The notes: generated by a model from the sequence alone, not told the origin. A stretch of 64,000 nt of DNA from Scyliorhinus canicula (GCF_902713615.1 NC_052157.1:14618566-14682565); one strand, 5' to 3'. Positions 11,537 through 23,252 are shown, counted from the stretch's first letter. Program-made: numbers and translations.

Positions 11537-12794
11537 TCTACCCATGAAGGTTAGATTAAGAACAAAAATAACTATCTGAGTCTCGCAACAGGTAACCTTC
11601 TCCAGCCAGCCCGGGACAACCTGATCCAGATGGCAGGGTTATTCAACCTTGAAGGGCTCGATGTCTCCTGTTCCGTTCCTGCAAATAGTTTGCAGCAGGG
11701 CGAACAAGAAAGAAAGAGGCAGAGAACTGTGGGTGATTCCTCTCTGTGCCCTCCAGCCCCAAGGACAGTAACAAAAGCATTGTTTTGACAGCTCTGATAC
11801 GCTGATGTGTCTCTTCATTCATCAAGGTGGTGCCATGGATTTTTTTTTAAAAATTCGAACAATTGGCTGTTGCACACCTTTCAATTCCTGACCCTGAGGT
11901 GCTGACATGTTCGAGAAAGAAACACGTAATCAATTGTAACCGCTTGGGAATGTTTCAGTCTGCCCTGCATAGTGTAATGTCACACTTCTGAACATGGTTC
12001 CAGGGTGTGTACCTGTGTTACTCACCAATTTAATCATGCAAGGAATACTACCATCACAAAAAACACTGGCCGAGTGTGCCTGGCACATCCTCCCTCCACG
12101 AAGTGACACCATTTTTTAAAACTATCATGTTACAATGCTTTTGGATTTCAGAATGCAACCCACATATACTTTAAACATACTTTCAACAAATGGTTTCAAG
12201 ACTGCCCTCACGACACCATGGAGCCCACAATTCAGAATGCTACACACCAGAGAAATCTCTGGACTCTGCAGTGACTGACTCCAAGTGCAAGACCTTAACT
12301 GCCTGACTGCCCTTAGGCTGAGGAGTCGGGACAGGAGGAACAAGATGATTCAGAGTTTCTCCTATCGATTGGTATCCAATGACACATGTTAGAAAGTGGC
12401 ACCTGCGGGCATGCCACCTCCCCAATGGCACACTGATTGAACTAAATGGTGGGACGTGGAACAGGGGCACTACCTGCACACAGGTACAAAAAATATTGTG
12501 CGCACCCTTAACATTTCGTAGTACTGTTGCCGGCAGCGATTGATGTTCAGAATTCATTTCATTTGGCCACGCCCACCAGAAAAAGAAATTGCACACATAA
12601 AAGGCACCTCACCGCTGATCCCAGTACTGTCAAAATCAGTTTCCACTCCACTGCCGCCATTTTATGATCCCAACTGTTAATCACACTTGCCCAATGGGGG
12701 TCGTGAATAGGGAATTCCGATTTTAAAATATCTATATTTCCACATCGATGTCTTCTGCATTGTTGACGATGCGAATCACATCACCTATTGAATC

Positions 12795-13190
12795 AGACAT
12801 TGATTACAGCTCAGAAGGCGACTACTCAGCTTGTTGAGTACATACGGTTCTGGGAGGCCAATTCAGTTCCCACTTTCCACCCTTTCCCTGTCACCCTGCA
12901 CTGATTTTCCCCCTTCTAGTAATTATCCAGTTGTCCTTTGAGAGGCATGATTGAATTTGCCTCTACCATCCTTTCCAGATCATAACCACTTGCTGCATAA
13001 AAACACTTCATGTTGCCTCTTGTTTTATCCCAATCACCTTAACTTGGTGTCCTCTGGTTCACCCCATTTCCACCAATAGGAATGGCTTCTTCCTATATCT
13101 ACGCTGCACAGACCCTTCCTGATTTCAAGCACCTCTTTCAAACGCTTCATCTAGAAGAGAACAGTTTCTCCAGTCGATCCCACATGACTG
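12795..13190 (-). mobile_element. Old CR1 3' fragment
   Basis: ttccagatcataaccacttgctgcataaaa, tgtcctctggtt, gatttcaagcacctct: reversed CR1 ORF2 end. Confidence 0.6.
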
Positions 13191-13357
13191 GGGCCATTCT
13201 CACATCAATGCCCGATGCCATCTTAAATATTACACTAAAAGTAACAAACTAAAACCGTTACTCAAGACTAAGCTTCACCAACTCATTGGTTCCAAGAATC
13301 TCAATATCAATGGCTGAAATGCATACCTATTTATGGGTTCTCTCATCATGTTCCTGT

Positions 13358-13658
13358 AATAACCTGCACGGGAGACACTGGGCGGGGTCGATTGTTTTCC
13401 CCATGTGGCTCGAGGAGTATGAGCTGCCCCGTTAATCATGTAGGGGCTGGTTTAGCTCACTGGGCTAAATCGCTGGCTTTTCAAGCAGGCCAGCAGCACG
13501 GTTCGATTCCCATACCAGCCTCCCCGAACAGGTGCCGGAATGTGGCGACTAGGGGCTTTTCGATCGACAGAGAGAGAGGACCCGGTGAGGTATAACCGAA
13601 CCCCATGTAAATAGTTATTCTTTTAAATAAACGTCTCCTTTTGTTTACTCGTCGGACT
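13358..13658 (+). mobile_element. LTR fragments (family of the 1952 LTR) disrupted by a SINE
   Basis: tgtaataacctgcacggg...ttccccatgtgg...gagtatgagc resembles 1952-2030; AATAAA near 13626. Confidence 0.5.
13443..13560 (+). mobile_element. Short tRNA-derived SINE (GGGGCTGG head), 3' truncated
   Basis: Same family as 26571-26748, 53942-54127, 57853-58029. Confidence 0.88.
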
Positions 13659-13884
13659 CCCCTCGCCACATTCCGGCGCCTGTTCGGGTACACCGAGGGA
13701 GAATCCAGAATGTCCAATTCACCTAACAGCACGTCTTTCGGGACTTGTGGGAGGATACCGGAGCACCCGGAGAAAACGCACGCAGACACAGAGAGAACGT
13801 ACAGCCTCCGCACAGACAGTGACTCAAGCCGAGAATTGAAACTGGGATCCTGCTGTGAAGCAACAGTGCTAACCACTATGCTGC
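13659..13884 (-). mobile_element. HE1-core SINE with alternative tail
   Basis: V-domain followed by ggacattctg...gtacccgaacaggcgccggaatgtggcga. Confidence 0.85.
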
Positions 13885-14441
13885 AGTTAACGGTATTTCT
13901 CTCTTTCCTCCCAGTTAATATTGTATTATGCACAAGCCCCATTTCCCCTCTACTCCACCCTGCAACACACGCCGCCCCCCCCCAACAAAGATTAATCCCA
14001 TAAAATGTCCTCTCCAAGAATCTAGCAGGTTCTAAACCAACAGCAGCAAAATATCTGCATTAGGTACATCATTGCATCGATAATACAGGGCCTTTTTGTA
14101 ACTCACCACAACTGTCTCACTCTTGATGAACTGAATGGTGTACAATGTGCGGCTGAATTGCTGTCGTCCATTTTATACCATAACCCAAAGTCTAAATGGC
14201 ACCCATTGCATTCCATGTTTTCCTCTCTCTGCCCTTGGTGATGGGTCAGGGGAGATGGGGAGGCCTGGTTCTGTCTCTACGCAGAGGTCAAGATTGATGC
14301 CCTACACTGCTCTGTAATTGCCACATGTCCTTAGGATACTCGATGCTTGAGACAGGTAGGTGGTGTAACCTGTTCCCATGCCAACACAGCACTACAGGAA
14401 TTGTCACACAAATTTCCTCTCATGAAGGCTGGAGTTCAGAT

Positions 14442-15036
14442 TGTGGTGACTTGGTAGGCCTAGTTTTGAACCCGAATAAAATTGGATATCCTAAATTAAA
14501 GAATTGGGCACTTTAAATTAAACTACAGTCAGCTCCAGCAAATGGTCTGCTGGGAATTCAGACTTGGCCAAGTTTGAATATACAGAACTCAGACAGGCTG
14601 CCTGGGCATGTCTGGACCTCCCTGTCAATCGCCCGTTAAGAGATCATCGCAGCCTATTGATATGCACCAGCCTATTGTCCGCACATCGACACTTGGGGCA
14701 CATCGATAGCGAAGACTCGACGTGGGAGGTGACCATCCGAAGACTGACCAGAGAAGGAAGAAGCTGCGAGCAAGACCCACCTTCGTGATGTTGGACCAGA
14801 GGGACTCAGGACTCAGACCTACCCTTCAACCAGACCATCTTTGCTGGAAGTTTAACCAAATCTTGGGTGTTTCTTGTATATATACGTGGGTTAATTTACA
14901 GGTTAACTTTACTAATAAAGATTGTTGAAGTTGTATTTGTGTTTGTCCTTTGTTCTCCACACTATTAAAAGACATTTAGGTATAACCTTTGAGTAAGTGA
15001 ACTGGTCGAGCATATCTGAATTGGACAGTTACAACA
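14442..15036 (+). mobile_element. Solo LTR (~595 bp) with 4-bp TSD AGAT
   Basis: TGTGG...ACAACA termini; AGAT at 14438-14441 and 15037-15040; AATAAA at 14914. Confidence 0.65.
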
Positions 15037-15051
15037 AGATCCAAAGACACT

Positions 15052-15224
15052 GGCCAGAACTCTCCGGCCATTGGGATTCACTCTTCCCACCGGCAGCGCA
15101 TCCTCGCCCACAGGTTTCCTGGAGGTGTGGGGTGGCTTCAATGGGAAATCCCATTGACAAGAGACGGGAATAAAGCATCCCGCCACCGAGAAACGTGCAG
15201 CTGGGGAACTGGAGAATCCAGTCC
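15052..15224. mobile_element. Short Harbinger-like MITE (~173 bp), TSD ACT
   Basis: GGCCAGAACTCTCC / GGAGAATCCAGTCC; ACT on both sides; family of 15708 and 32651. Confidence 0.82.
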
Positions 15225-15561
15225 ACTGGCTCACACTGGGTTAGAATCCCACGTGCACTGGCTGACATTGGGTTAGAATCCCACCTACACTGGCTCACAT
15301 TGGGGGACTATTACACATGCACTGGCTCAAACTGGGTTAGAATCCCACGTGCACTGGCTCACACTGGGTTAGAATCCCACCTACACTGGCTCACACTGGG
15401 TTAGAATCCCACCTACACTGGCTCACACTGGGTTAGAATCCCACGTGCACTGGCTCACACTGGGTTAGAATCCCACGTGCACTGGCTCACACTGGGTTAG
15501 AATCCCACCTACACTGGCTCACATTGGGGGACTATTACACATGCACTGGCTCAAACTGGGT
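15224..15561. repeat. 32-bp minisatellite, ~10.5 units, three unit variants
   Basis: CACTGGCTCACACTGGGTTAGAATCCCAC(GTG/CTA) and CACTGGCTCACATTGGGGGACTATTACACATG; order A B C A B B A A B C plus a partial unit. Confidence 0.95.
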
Positions 15562-15707
15562 AACAAGCATTCACTGCCCTCTGTCACCTCACCCAAGTTG
15601 TCAGTCTCGATGCTGAATGTTCACAGGCTATTCGACTGGGGGGGGGGCCTCACTCAGTCTAGCCCAATACTTGCCGCTTCCAATGCCCATTAGGTAAAGG
15701 TTAGCAG

Positions 15708-15914
15708 GGCCGCATTTCTCTGGCCGTGGGGAATCTCTTTTCCCACCGGCAGCGCTCCCCCCCACCCCCCACTCCCCGCCAGCAGCTTTCCCAGCGGCAT
15801 GGGTTGGCTTCAATGGGAAATCCCCTTGTTAAGCGGCGGGAAGAGAGAATTCCGCCTGCAGCGAACCGCGTGCCACCGAGCAACACATGGCTGGGGGACC
15901 GGAGAATCCCTCCC
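15708..15914. mobile_element. Short Harbinger-like MITE (~207 bp), TSD CAG
   Basis: GGCCGCATTTCTC / GGAGAATCCCTCCC; CAG on both sides. Confidence 0.82.
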
Positions 15915-16281
15915 CAGATCTCCAGATTTTCCATTTTACTAAACCAGGATACAGTGGAACATTGCGGCATGCCCACTGTCAATGGCAGCTGAGAACGGAA
16001 ATGCAACCTGGGGCAGATCGGGCCTGGGTGACCGTATTCCACACCAACTGTACAGTGGACAACTGGATTATTCGTGAGGAGAGTCACTGGAAATCCTGCA
16101 GCCAATGGCTCATCAAATAGATAACAACATGGTCTTACCTCTGTGTCCAATAGCTGTAGGATAAGCTGAAATAAAAACTTGATGGAATCTAACAACAGTT
16201 CATTATTACGGCACCCAGAACCACTGAACTAACATATCCCGCACTCTACAATGTATCGAGCAATCTCTTTGAGTTAATCTA

Positions 16282-16602
16282 GGGCAGCACGGTAGCACAA
16301 GTGGATAGCACTGTGGCTTCACAGCGCCAGGGTCCCAGGTTCGATTACCCGCTGGGTCACTGTCTGTGCGGAGTCTGCACGTTCTCCCCGTGTCTGCGTG
16401 GGTTTCCTCCGGGTGCTCCGGTTTCCTCCCACAGTCCAAAGACGTGCAGGTTAGGTGGATTGGCCATGCTAAATTGCCCTTAGTGTCCAAATGAGGTTAG
16501 GGTGGGTTTTGGGTTACGGGGATAGGGTGGAAGTGAGGGCTTAAGTGGGTCGGTGCAGACTTGATGGGCCGAATGGCCTCCTTCTGCACTGTATGTTCTA
16601 TG
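16282..16602 (+). mobile_element. HE1 V-SINE, full length, young
   Basis: GGGCAGCACGGTAGCAC head, GGTTCGATT B box, V-domain, CR1-like tail. Confidence 0.97.
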
Positions 16603-18088
16603 TACACCATTATTCAATGTATGTCTCACCTGGAGAAGGGTTTTACAACATGAAATCCATTCCAGTGGGATTATTTATTCTTCATCCTGTTGTGGGAGCT
16701 GGGGTATCGTCTCAGTAATTCAATAGAACCTTTAAATATATATTAACCCCGCCTTCTGCACTCTGGGACATCTTGCTTCGACTCTGTACTTGGCTTCGGC
16801 TGAATCCATTTAGCAGCAATCTGCCCACTGGCCAGGCCAATGGAAAATGGTCGGGTCCTATAATTAAATTTTAAAAGAAACATTCTGGTTTTATTGATGG
16901 AATCCGAGGGCATGCAGTCATTTTCAGAACAGTTTTTCCTCCCGTCTGTGGCGAGCTCTTGTTATAGACCCGAGCGATCTACCCACATTTTCTTGCTGGC
17001 ACAGGACTGGTGTTGGCGGCAGGGTAGAAAGATCCAGAGTCGACAGGCCTTGTTTTGAAAATGAGACGCTGATTCTCGGTCCTTGAATCGCGCTGCGGGA
17101 CCCTTGGACACCCTGAGTGTTTCAGAGAAAAACCTTCCTCTGTTTGAAGAACATGAGAAAGTAAAAGTAAGCGTGTTTTAGTCATTTGTGCTCTGTGGGA
17201 TTTTGGCAATAGGAACATAAGGTTTTATAACAGAGAAGTGAGTGAAAGTTCACTCCTGGGAAGCCCTGTTTAGTAAGTGGTTTGATGTCCTATTGACGTA
17301 GAGCCCATTGCCATCCACTGGAATAAAGCACTTTCTTTTCACCAACTCCAGCAGTTGGATCTGAATTTGGCCAGAGGAGAGAGGTGGGGATGGGAGACTA
17401 TTGCCGGTGAGTTTCAGGCTGAAAGTAGATTTTTTTGCTACATTGAGCTGAGGAACAAGGCAAGATGAACCATCCAATGTGATAGAGATTTTGCTTGAAC
17501 GTATGACAGAGAAAAAACTCAGAGATAAAAAGATCTTGACACAGGTGAAAGACGTTACCCAGTTTTCTTACTTGTTCGTTCAAGGGATATATACAGAGTA
17601 ATTCGAAGATTGATGAACATTGCACTCCCAGAAAGTATGACATTTCTGAACGCTATGTGTTAAGATCATGTTTACAAAAGACAGAAGAGGCCATAGATTA
17701 TTTCATCACTGATTTAAAGTTAAAAGTTAAAACCTGTAATTATTTGGCGGTGGCATCTTCCATGATGTGGAACCAGATTGTATTTGGTGTGAATCAAAAT
17801 AACCTGAGGGAATGTTTGCCGAGGGAATCAGAACCATCACTGGAACAAACAGTTAAGATTAATCAGGCTCAAGAGCCAGCAGCACAGCCTTCTGAAATGT
17901 TTTCAGTAATGGCGGCGTCTACTTGGATTTCACTTGGACTAGCAACATGAGCAAGAGTGGAAGAAGCTCAAAATTTTACCAACCACCACGCCAGTTCTCA
18001 CACTTTTTGACCCATCTAAGCAGATTAAGGTGTTAACAGGTGCATCAAAGTATGGTCTTGGAGCAGTTCTTCTGCAACTTGAGCATGT

Positions 18089-18432
18089 GGGCAGCACGGT
18101 AGCACAGCAGTTAACACAGTTGCTCCACAGCTCCAGGGTCCCAGGTTCGATTCCTGGCTTGGGTCACTGTCTGTGTGGAGTCTGCATGTTCTCCCCGTGT
18201 CTGTGTGGGATTCCTCTGGGTGCTCTGCTTTCCTCCCACAGTCCAAAGTGCAGGTTAGGTGGATTGGCCATGCTAAATTGCCCTTAGTGTCCAAAAAGGT
18301 TGGGTGGGGTTGCTGGGTTACGGAAATAGGGTGGAGATGTGAGCTCGGGTAGGGTGCTCTTTCCAAGGTCCAGTGCAGACTCGATGAGCCGAATGGCCTC
18401 CTTCTGCATTGTAAATTCTATGATTCTATGAT
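18089..18432 (+). mobile_element. HE1 V-SINE inside Gypsy RNase H
   Basis: Full head, V-domain and (TTCTATGA) tail. Confidence 0.96.
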
Positions 18433-18938
18433 AATTAGAAGCCAGTCACATTTGCATCATGATCCATGATGACAACAGAACAGAGGTACGCTCAAATCGA
18501 AAACAAATGCCTGGGTTTAGTTGTAGGCTTGAAGAAATTCCACGGTTATGTGCATGGTCTTCCAACTTTCACATGTGAGACAGAGCATCGTCCTTTGGTT
18601 GCCATCAACAAGAAGAATCTCAACCAAATCTCTCAGCGCATTCAGAGGTTGATGATGAAGTTACAACGCTATGACTTCAATCTCATCTATCACCAGGCAA
18701 ATATTTGTTCTTAGCAGATGCATTATCGAGAGCGCTGAAACAAAATATTAGTTGTGAAATTGCTGAAGAGATAGATCTGCATGTCAATCTTATTTCCACA
18801 CTACTACCAGTATCAGATACAAATCTACGTGAGATCCAAGAAGAGACCAGGAAGGATCAAACTTTTCAAGAGGTGATGAGTAACATCAACTCACACTGTC
18901 CCAGAAGTCAATGTATGGGGTTCTAAATATAAGATCTG

Positions 18939-19138
18939 CAGGCAGCACGGTGGTGCAGTGGTTAGCATCACTGCCTCACGGCGCTGAGGTCCCAGGTTCG
19001 ATCCCGGCTCTGGGTCACTGTCCATGTGGAGTTTGCAAATTCTCCCCATGTTTGCGTGGGTTTCACCCCCACAACCCAAAGATGTGCAAGGTAGGTGGAT
19101 TGGCTGCGCTGAATTGCCCCTTAATTGGAAAAACAAAA
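18939..19138 (+). mobile_element. Short poly(A)-type HE1-derived SINE
   Basis: TSD ATAAGATCTG on both sides; shortened V-domain. Confidence 0.9.
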
Positions 19139-19837
19139 TAAGATCTGACCTCAGTAGCATTAATGGAGTGGTACGTCGTTTGAACACTATAGTCCACACC
19201 TCAATCTCTTTGCAAGGATGTATTTAAGAGGTTACATGAAGGACATCTCGGGATTGAAAAATGTAAACGGAGTCCTTGTGACTCTGTTTACTGGCCAGGT
19301 ATAAACCAGGATATTGACAGAATGGTCAGTTGTTGTGACTCATGCCAGACGCATCATTGCAAACAAACAAGAGAACCTGTGCAAATATCTGGTTTACCTA
19401 CAGCACCATGGCAGAAAGTAGCTATTGATCTCTTTCACCTACGAGGGAAAGGTTATTTAAGAATCATAGGCTATCTTTCAAACTATCCCAAAATGGCTAT
19501 ACTGTCAAGCATGACAGCAAGCAGTATAATACTGCATACGTAGTCAATTTTTGCCAGACACAGAATTCATCAGGTCGCCGTGAGTGACAATGGTCCTTGT
19601 TTTAGCTGTAAAGAGTGGCAACACTTTGCAGTCATGTGTGATTTCAAACACGTCATGTCACGTCCGTTGTACCCTCAAGTCAATGGCAAAACCGAGAAAG
19701 GTGTACATATTGTCAAGCAATTGTTGAAGAAAGCAATAGATAGCCAATCTGATCCAGATCTCACACTATTGAGTTACAGAGCATCACCATTGCATGCTTT
19801 TGAAAACCAGGGAAGACTTTCACAACAACGTGATGGA

Positions 19838-20180
19838 TGACAGTACGGTAGCATAGTGGTTAGCACTGTGGCTTCACAGCATCAAGGTCCCAGGTTCGAT
19901 TCCCTGCTGGGTTACTGTCTGTGTGGAATCTGCATTTTCTCCCCGTGTCTCGGTGGGTTTCCTACGGGTGCTCCGGTTTCCTCCCACAGTCCAAAGACGT
20001 GCAGGTTAGGTGGATTGGCCAAGCTAAATTGCCCTTAGTGTCCAAAAAGGGTAGGAGGGGTTATTGGGTTCAGGATTAAGGTAGAAGTGAGGGCTTAAGT
20101 GGGTCGATGCAGGCTCAATTGGCCGAATGGCCTCCTTATGCACTGCATGTTCCATGTTTCTATTTTCTACGTTTCTATGA
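19838..20180 (+). mobile_element. HE1 V-SINE
   Basis: Head, V-domain, CR1-like tail. Confidence 0.94.
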
Positions 20181-20398
20181 TGAATCTACGTCAGAATCAA
20201 CGTAAGCTGCAGTGTCAGATAGTTCAGCAGTTCCTGAGCATGAGAATGTCATGGAGAACATTGAATCTACAAGTTCTGAGCAGCAAGGTCAAACTTTGAG
20301 AAGATCAACCAGAATCAGAAGAAAACCTGATCGACTCAACTTGTAGATTTGGACTATTTGCACATACTATGCTTGTTGTTCTTGTATAAATATATATA

Positions 20399-21362
20399 CA
20401 GTACTCCCCCTTTATAACGCGGGTGTTGGGGTCCAAGACAGCCACCCGCGTTGCATCCGAGCCGCGGATATCCACGATGGGGGTTTTAAATTTATTTTAA
20501 AATCTATGCTAGCGCTTCCCCTTGTGAGTCTACGGGGGGCGGGGGGAGAGGTCAGACCCCCGTAGACTCACAATGGGAAGCGCTAGCATAGCTTTTTAAA
20601 TAAATTTAAAACCCCCATCGTGGATCTAATTAAAACAGTGTCAATTTCAGCGGCCGGAGAGGGAAGCTGCTCTCTCACTGAAACAATCAGCCGGCCGCTG
20701 AAATTGACACTGCCGGCTGCTCTCTCCCTCCAATCAGTACCCCAGCAGCCACGGCCTGTACCCCAGCAGCCACAGCCTGAACCCCAGCAGCCACAGCCTG
20801 TACCCCAGCAGCCACAGTACCCCAGCAGCCACAGCCTGAAGCCCAGCAGCCACGGCCTGTACCCCAGCAGCCACGGCCTGTACCCCAGGAGCCACAGCCT
20901 GTACCCCAGCAGCCACAGCCTGAACCCCAGCTACAGAGAGGAGGGGCGATGTGAGACCATGCTGGTCTTGCAGAGGCCCGTATGACCTCCACCTGTGTTC
21001 TCTGCTCTCTCCCTCCAATCAGCCGGCAGTGTCAATTTCAGCGGCCGGCTCACTTTGATCCGGAGAGGGAAGCTGCTCTCTCACTGAAACAATCAGCCGG
21101 CCGCTGAAATTGACACTGCCCGCTGCTCTCTCCCTCCAATCAGAAACATTAAAACTTAAAAGTTGGATTGGAGGGAGAGAGCAGCCGGCAGTGTCAATTT
21201 CAGCGGCCGGCTGATTGTTTCAGTGAGAGAGCAGCTTCCCTCTCCGGATCAAAGTGAGCCGGCCGCTGAAATTGACACAATTGACAGTTGGAGTCCATAA
21301 GCCCCCCCGCGGTATATCGCGAACCGCGGTATTGCGGAGCGCGGTATAACGGGGGACTACTG
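20399..21362. mobile_element. Tigger/pogo-type (Tc1-mariner superfamily) MITE with internal hairpins
   Basis: TA TSD (20397-98, 21363-64); TIRs CAGTACTCCCCCTTTATAAC / GGTATAACGGGGGACTACTG; no transposase. Confidence 0.88.
20737..20931. repeat. 21-bp tandem array (GTACCCCAGCAGCCACAGCCT) x ~9
   Basis: Direct read; one unit has a 4-bp deletion. Confidence 0.95.
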
Positions 21363-21485
21363 TATTTGTTAAACCAGTTTCAAAAATTTTAAAGAAAAAA
21401 ATTTATACTGTTAGACTCACAGGCTAATGATATCACATGTAAATTGATGATAATGTATTAATTTCTTCCTTCAAAGGAAAGGGGA

Positions 21486-21743
21486 TTTAGTGATATCATG
21501 GTTGTGTTGTAATTCACCGACTGGCCACTAGGCGTCCCATTAATATAGAAGTGAATGTTAGAGTCAGGTGACCTCAGACTGTCTGGAAAACTGGAAGAAA
21601 GAGGTTGCTTGTGCATGATCAGACTGTTATTTATCTGTTGTTTTGTATATAGTCGACCCACAGTTAAAGCTAATAAACGGTTTATAGCTTTAGCTAGAAG
21701 TGTTCTTGTAATATAAATCAGACCATCCGACAAGAACATTACA
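21486..21743 (+). repeat. Gypsy LTR
   Basis: Follows the PPT directly; T(T)TAGTG...ATTACA; AATAAA at 21672. Confidence 0.8.
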
Positions 21744-21974
21744 GTAACCTGGAATGTGTCCACAGGAGTAAGCAAAAGAAACTCTAACAGTGGCTCATGA
21801 GGGACAGAACCACTTGGAACTGGACCACTTCTGGATTGCCACACGTGCGGCACAGCACGGAAATTTTACAAGCAAGGCTAAAATGGTACGTGGTTAAACT
21901 TTTATTTTAAAAGCTTATTTTAGAAATTGGAACAACGCTATGCTGAGGCAACGCAGATGAGGTTGTGACTTCAA

Positions 21975-22290
21975 GGGTGGCATGGTAGCCCAGTGGTTAG
22001 CACTGTTGCTTTTCAGCTCTGGGGTCCCAGGTTCGATTCCCGGCTTGGGCCACGGTCTGTGCGGAGTCAGCACATTCTCCCCATGTCTGTCTGGGTTTCC
22101 TCCGGGTGGTCCGGTTTCCTCCCACAGTCCAAAGATGTGTAGGTTAGGTGGATTGGCCATGCTAAATTGCAGTAGTGTTCAAAAACTGGGTAACGGGGAT
22201 AGGGTGGAGGCTTAAGTATGGTGCTCTTTCCAAGGGCCGGTGCAGAATCGAAGGGCCGAATGGCCTTCTGCACTGTTGATTCTATGATTC
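21975..22290 (+). mobile_element. HE1 V-SINE
   Basis: Head, V-domain, tail. Confidence 0.94.
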
Positions 22291-22329
22291 AAGGCAAAAG
22301 GAACCACCGATGTAGTTGTATTTACAGGG

Positions 22330-22480
22330 ACATAGGAACTAGGAGCAGAAGTAGGCAATTCAGCCCTTCGAGCCTGCTCCGCCATTCAATCAGAACATGA
22401 CTGATCTCGTCCTGGTCTCAAATCCACCTCCCTGCCTGTTCCCCATATCCCTTTAACCCATTTTTAAAATCAGAAATATA
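22330..22480 (-). mobile_element. CR1 3' end fragment
   Basis: cataggaactaggagcagaagtaggc...ccgccattcaatc. Confidence 0.8.
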
Positions 22481-22928
22481 TTATGTTGTGACATCACAGC
22501 AGGATTATTGCATTGTTCCAGCAGCTGTACATCAGGAGTGACGCATCCATTTCCCCCAGACTGGGCAGCGTGCCTATTTTCACCCACTGAGTTCAGTGAG
22601 CGCCTTTAATCATCAGGAGCATTTTCAACTGTTCCTTGTTACATACTTTATACATTTGATTTTCCTCAGAGTAGTGGAGACGACACTGTTTCGAAGCCTG
22701 GAGGAACTTTTATTTACAGAGCATTTTCACAGAGTTTTATACAAAGCTTTAAAATGTCCACACCTTGTTGTATATTTTATATGTTTTTTATTCATTTGTG
22801 GGATGTGGCCATTGTTGGCCCATCCCTAATTGCCCTTGGTATGACACTGGTTTTTGAATGTGCAGCAGCTTTAATTTTATTGCAGTTCTCTTCCCATACC
22901 TGGTGGTTCACAAGGCAGACTTCATATG

Positions 22929-23252
22929 AACATAGAACATACAGTGCAGAAGGAGTCCATTCGGCCCATTGAGTCTGCACCGACTCACATTAAGCCCTCA
23001 CTTCCACCCTATCCCTGTAACCCAATAATCCCTCTGAACCTTTTTGGACACTAAGGGCAATTTAGCATGGCCAATCCACCTAACCAGCACATCTTCGGAC
23101 TGTGGGACGAAACCGGAGGACGCGAGGAAACCCACGCAGACATGGGGAGAACATGCAGACTCCGCACAGACAGTGACCTAGCGGGGAATCGAACCTGGGA
23201 CCCTGGAACTCTGAAGCCACAGTACTATCCACTTGTGCTACCGTGCTGCCCC
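22929..23252 (-). mobile_element. HE1 V-SINE
   Basis: Full-length reverse copy. Confidence 0.95.

Larger units (their letters stand above)
17595..21890 (+). mobile_element. Decayed Gypsy LTR retrotransposon (gag mid, RNase H, integrase, PPT, LTR, gag N-term), RT deleted
   Basis: gag EHCTPRK..ERYV..YFITDLK; RNH ASKYGLGAVLLQ, EQRYAQIE, ETEHRPL, LADALSR; IN PWQKVAIDLF, SDNGPCF, YPQVNGKTE; PPT aaaggaaagggga ending at 21485. Confidence 0.92.

Noticed and set aside
15224-15561. CRISPR-like repeat-spacer array
   Set aside because: The variable parts are 15 nt and recur as three types, there are no cas genes, and the context is eukaryotic. It is a minisatellite.
16206-16490. Recurrent small-ORF family (CGRKPEHPEETHADTGR / GHCLCGVCTFSPCLRGFP)
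   Set aside because: These are translations of the HE1 V-domain on either strand, not a gene family.
20620-21018. Pro/Gln-rich or Ala/Gly/Val repeat protein ORFs
   Set aside because: They are translations of the 21-bp array inside a MITE, open in several frames on both strands.
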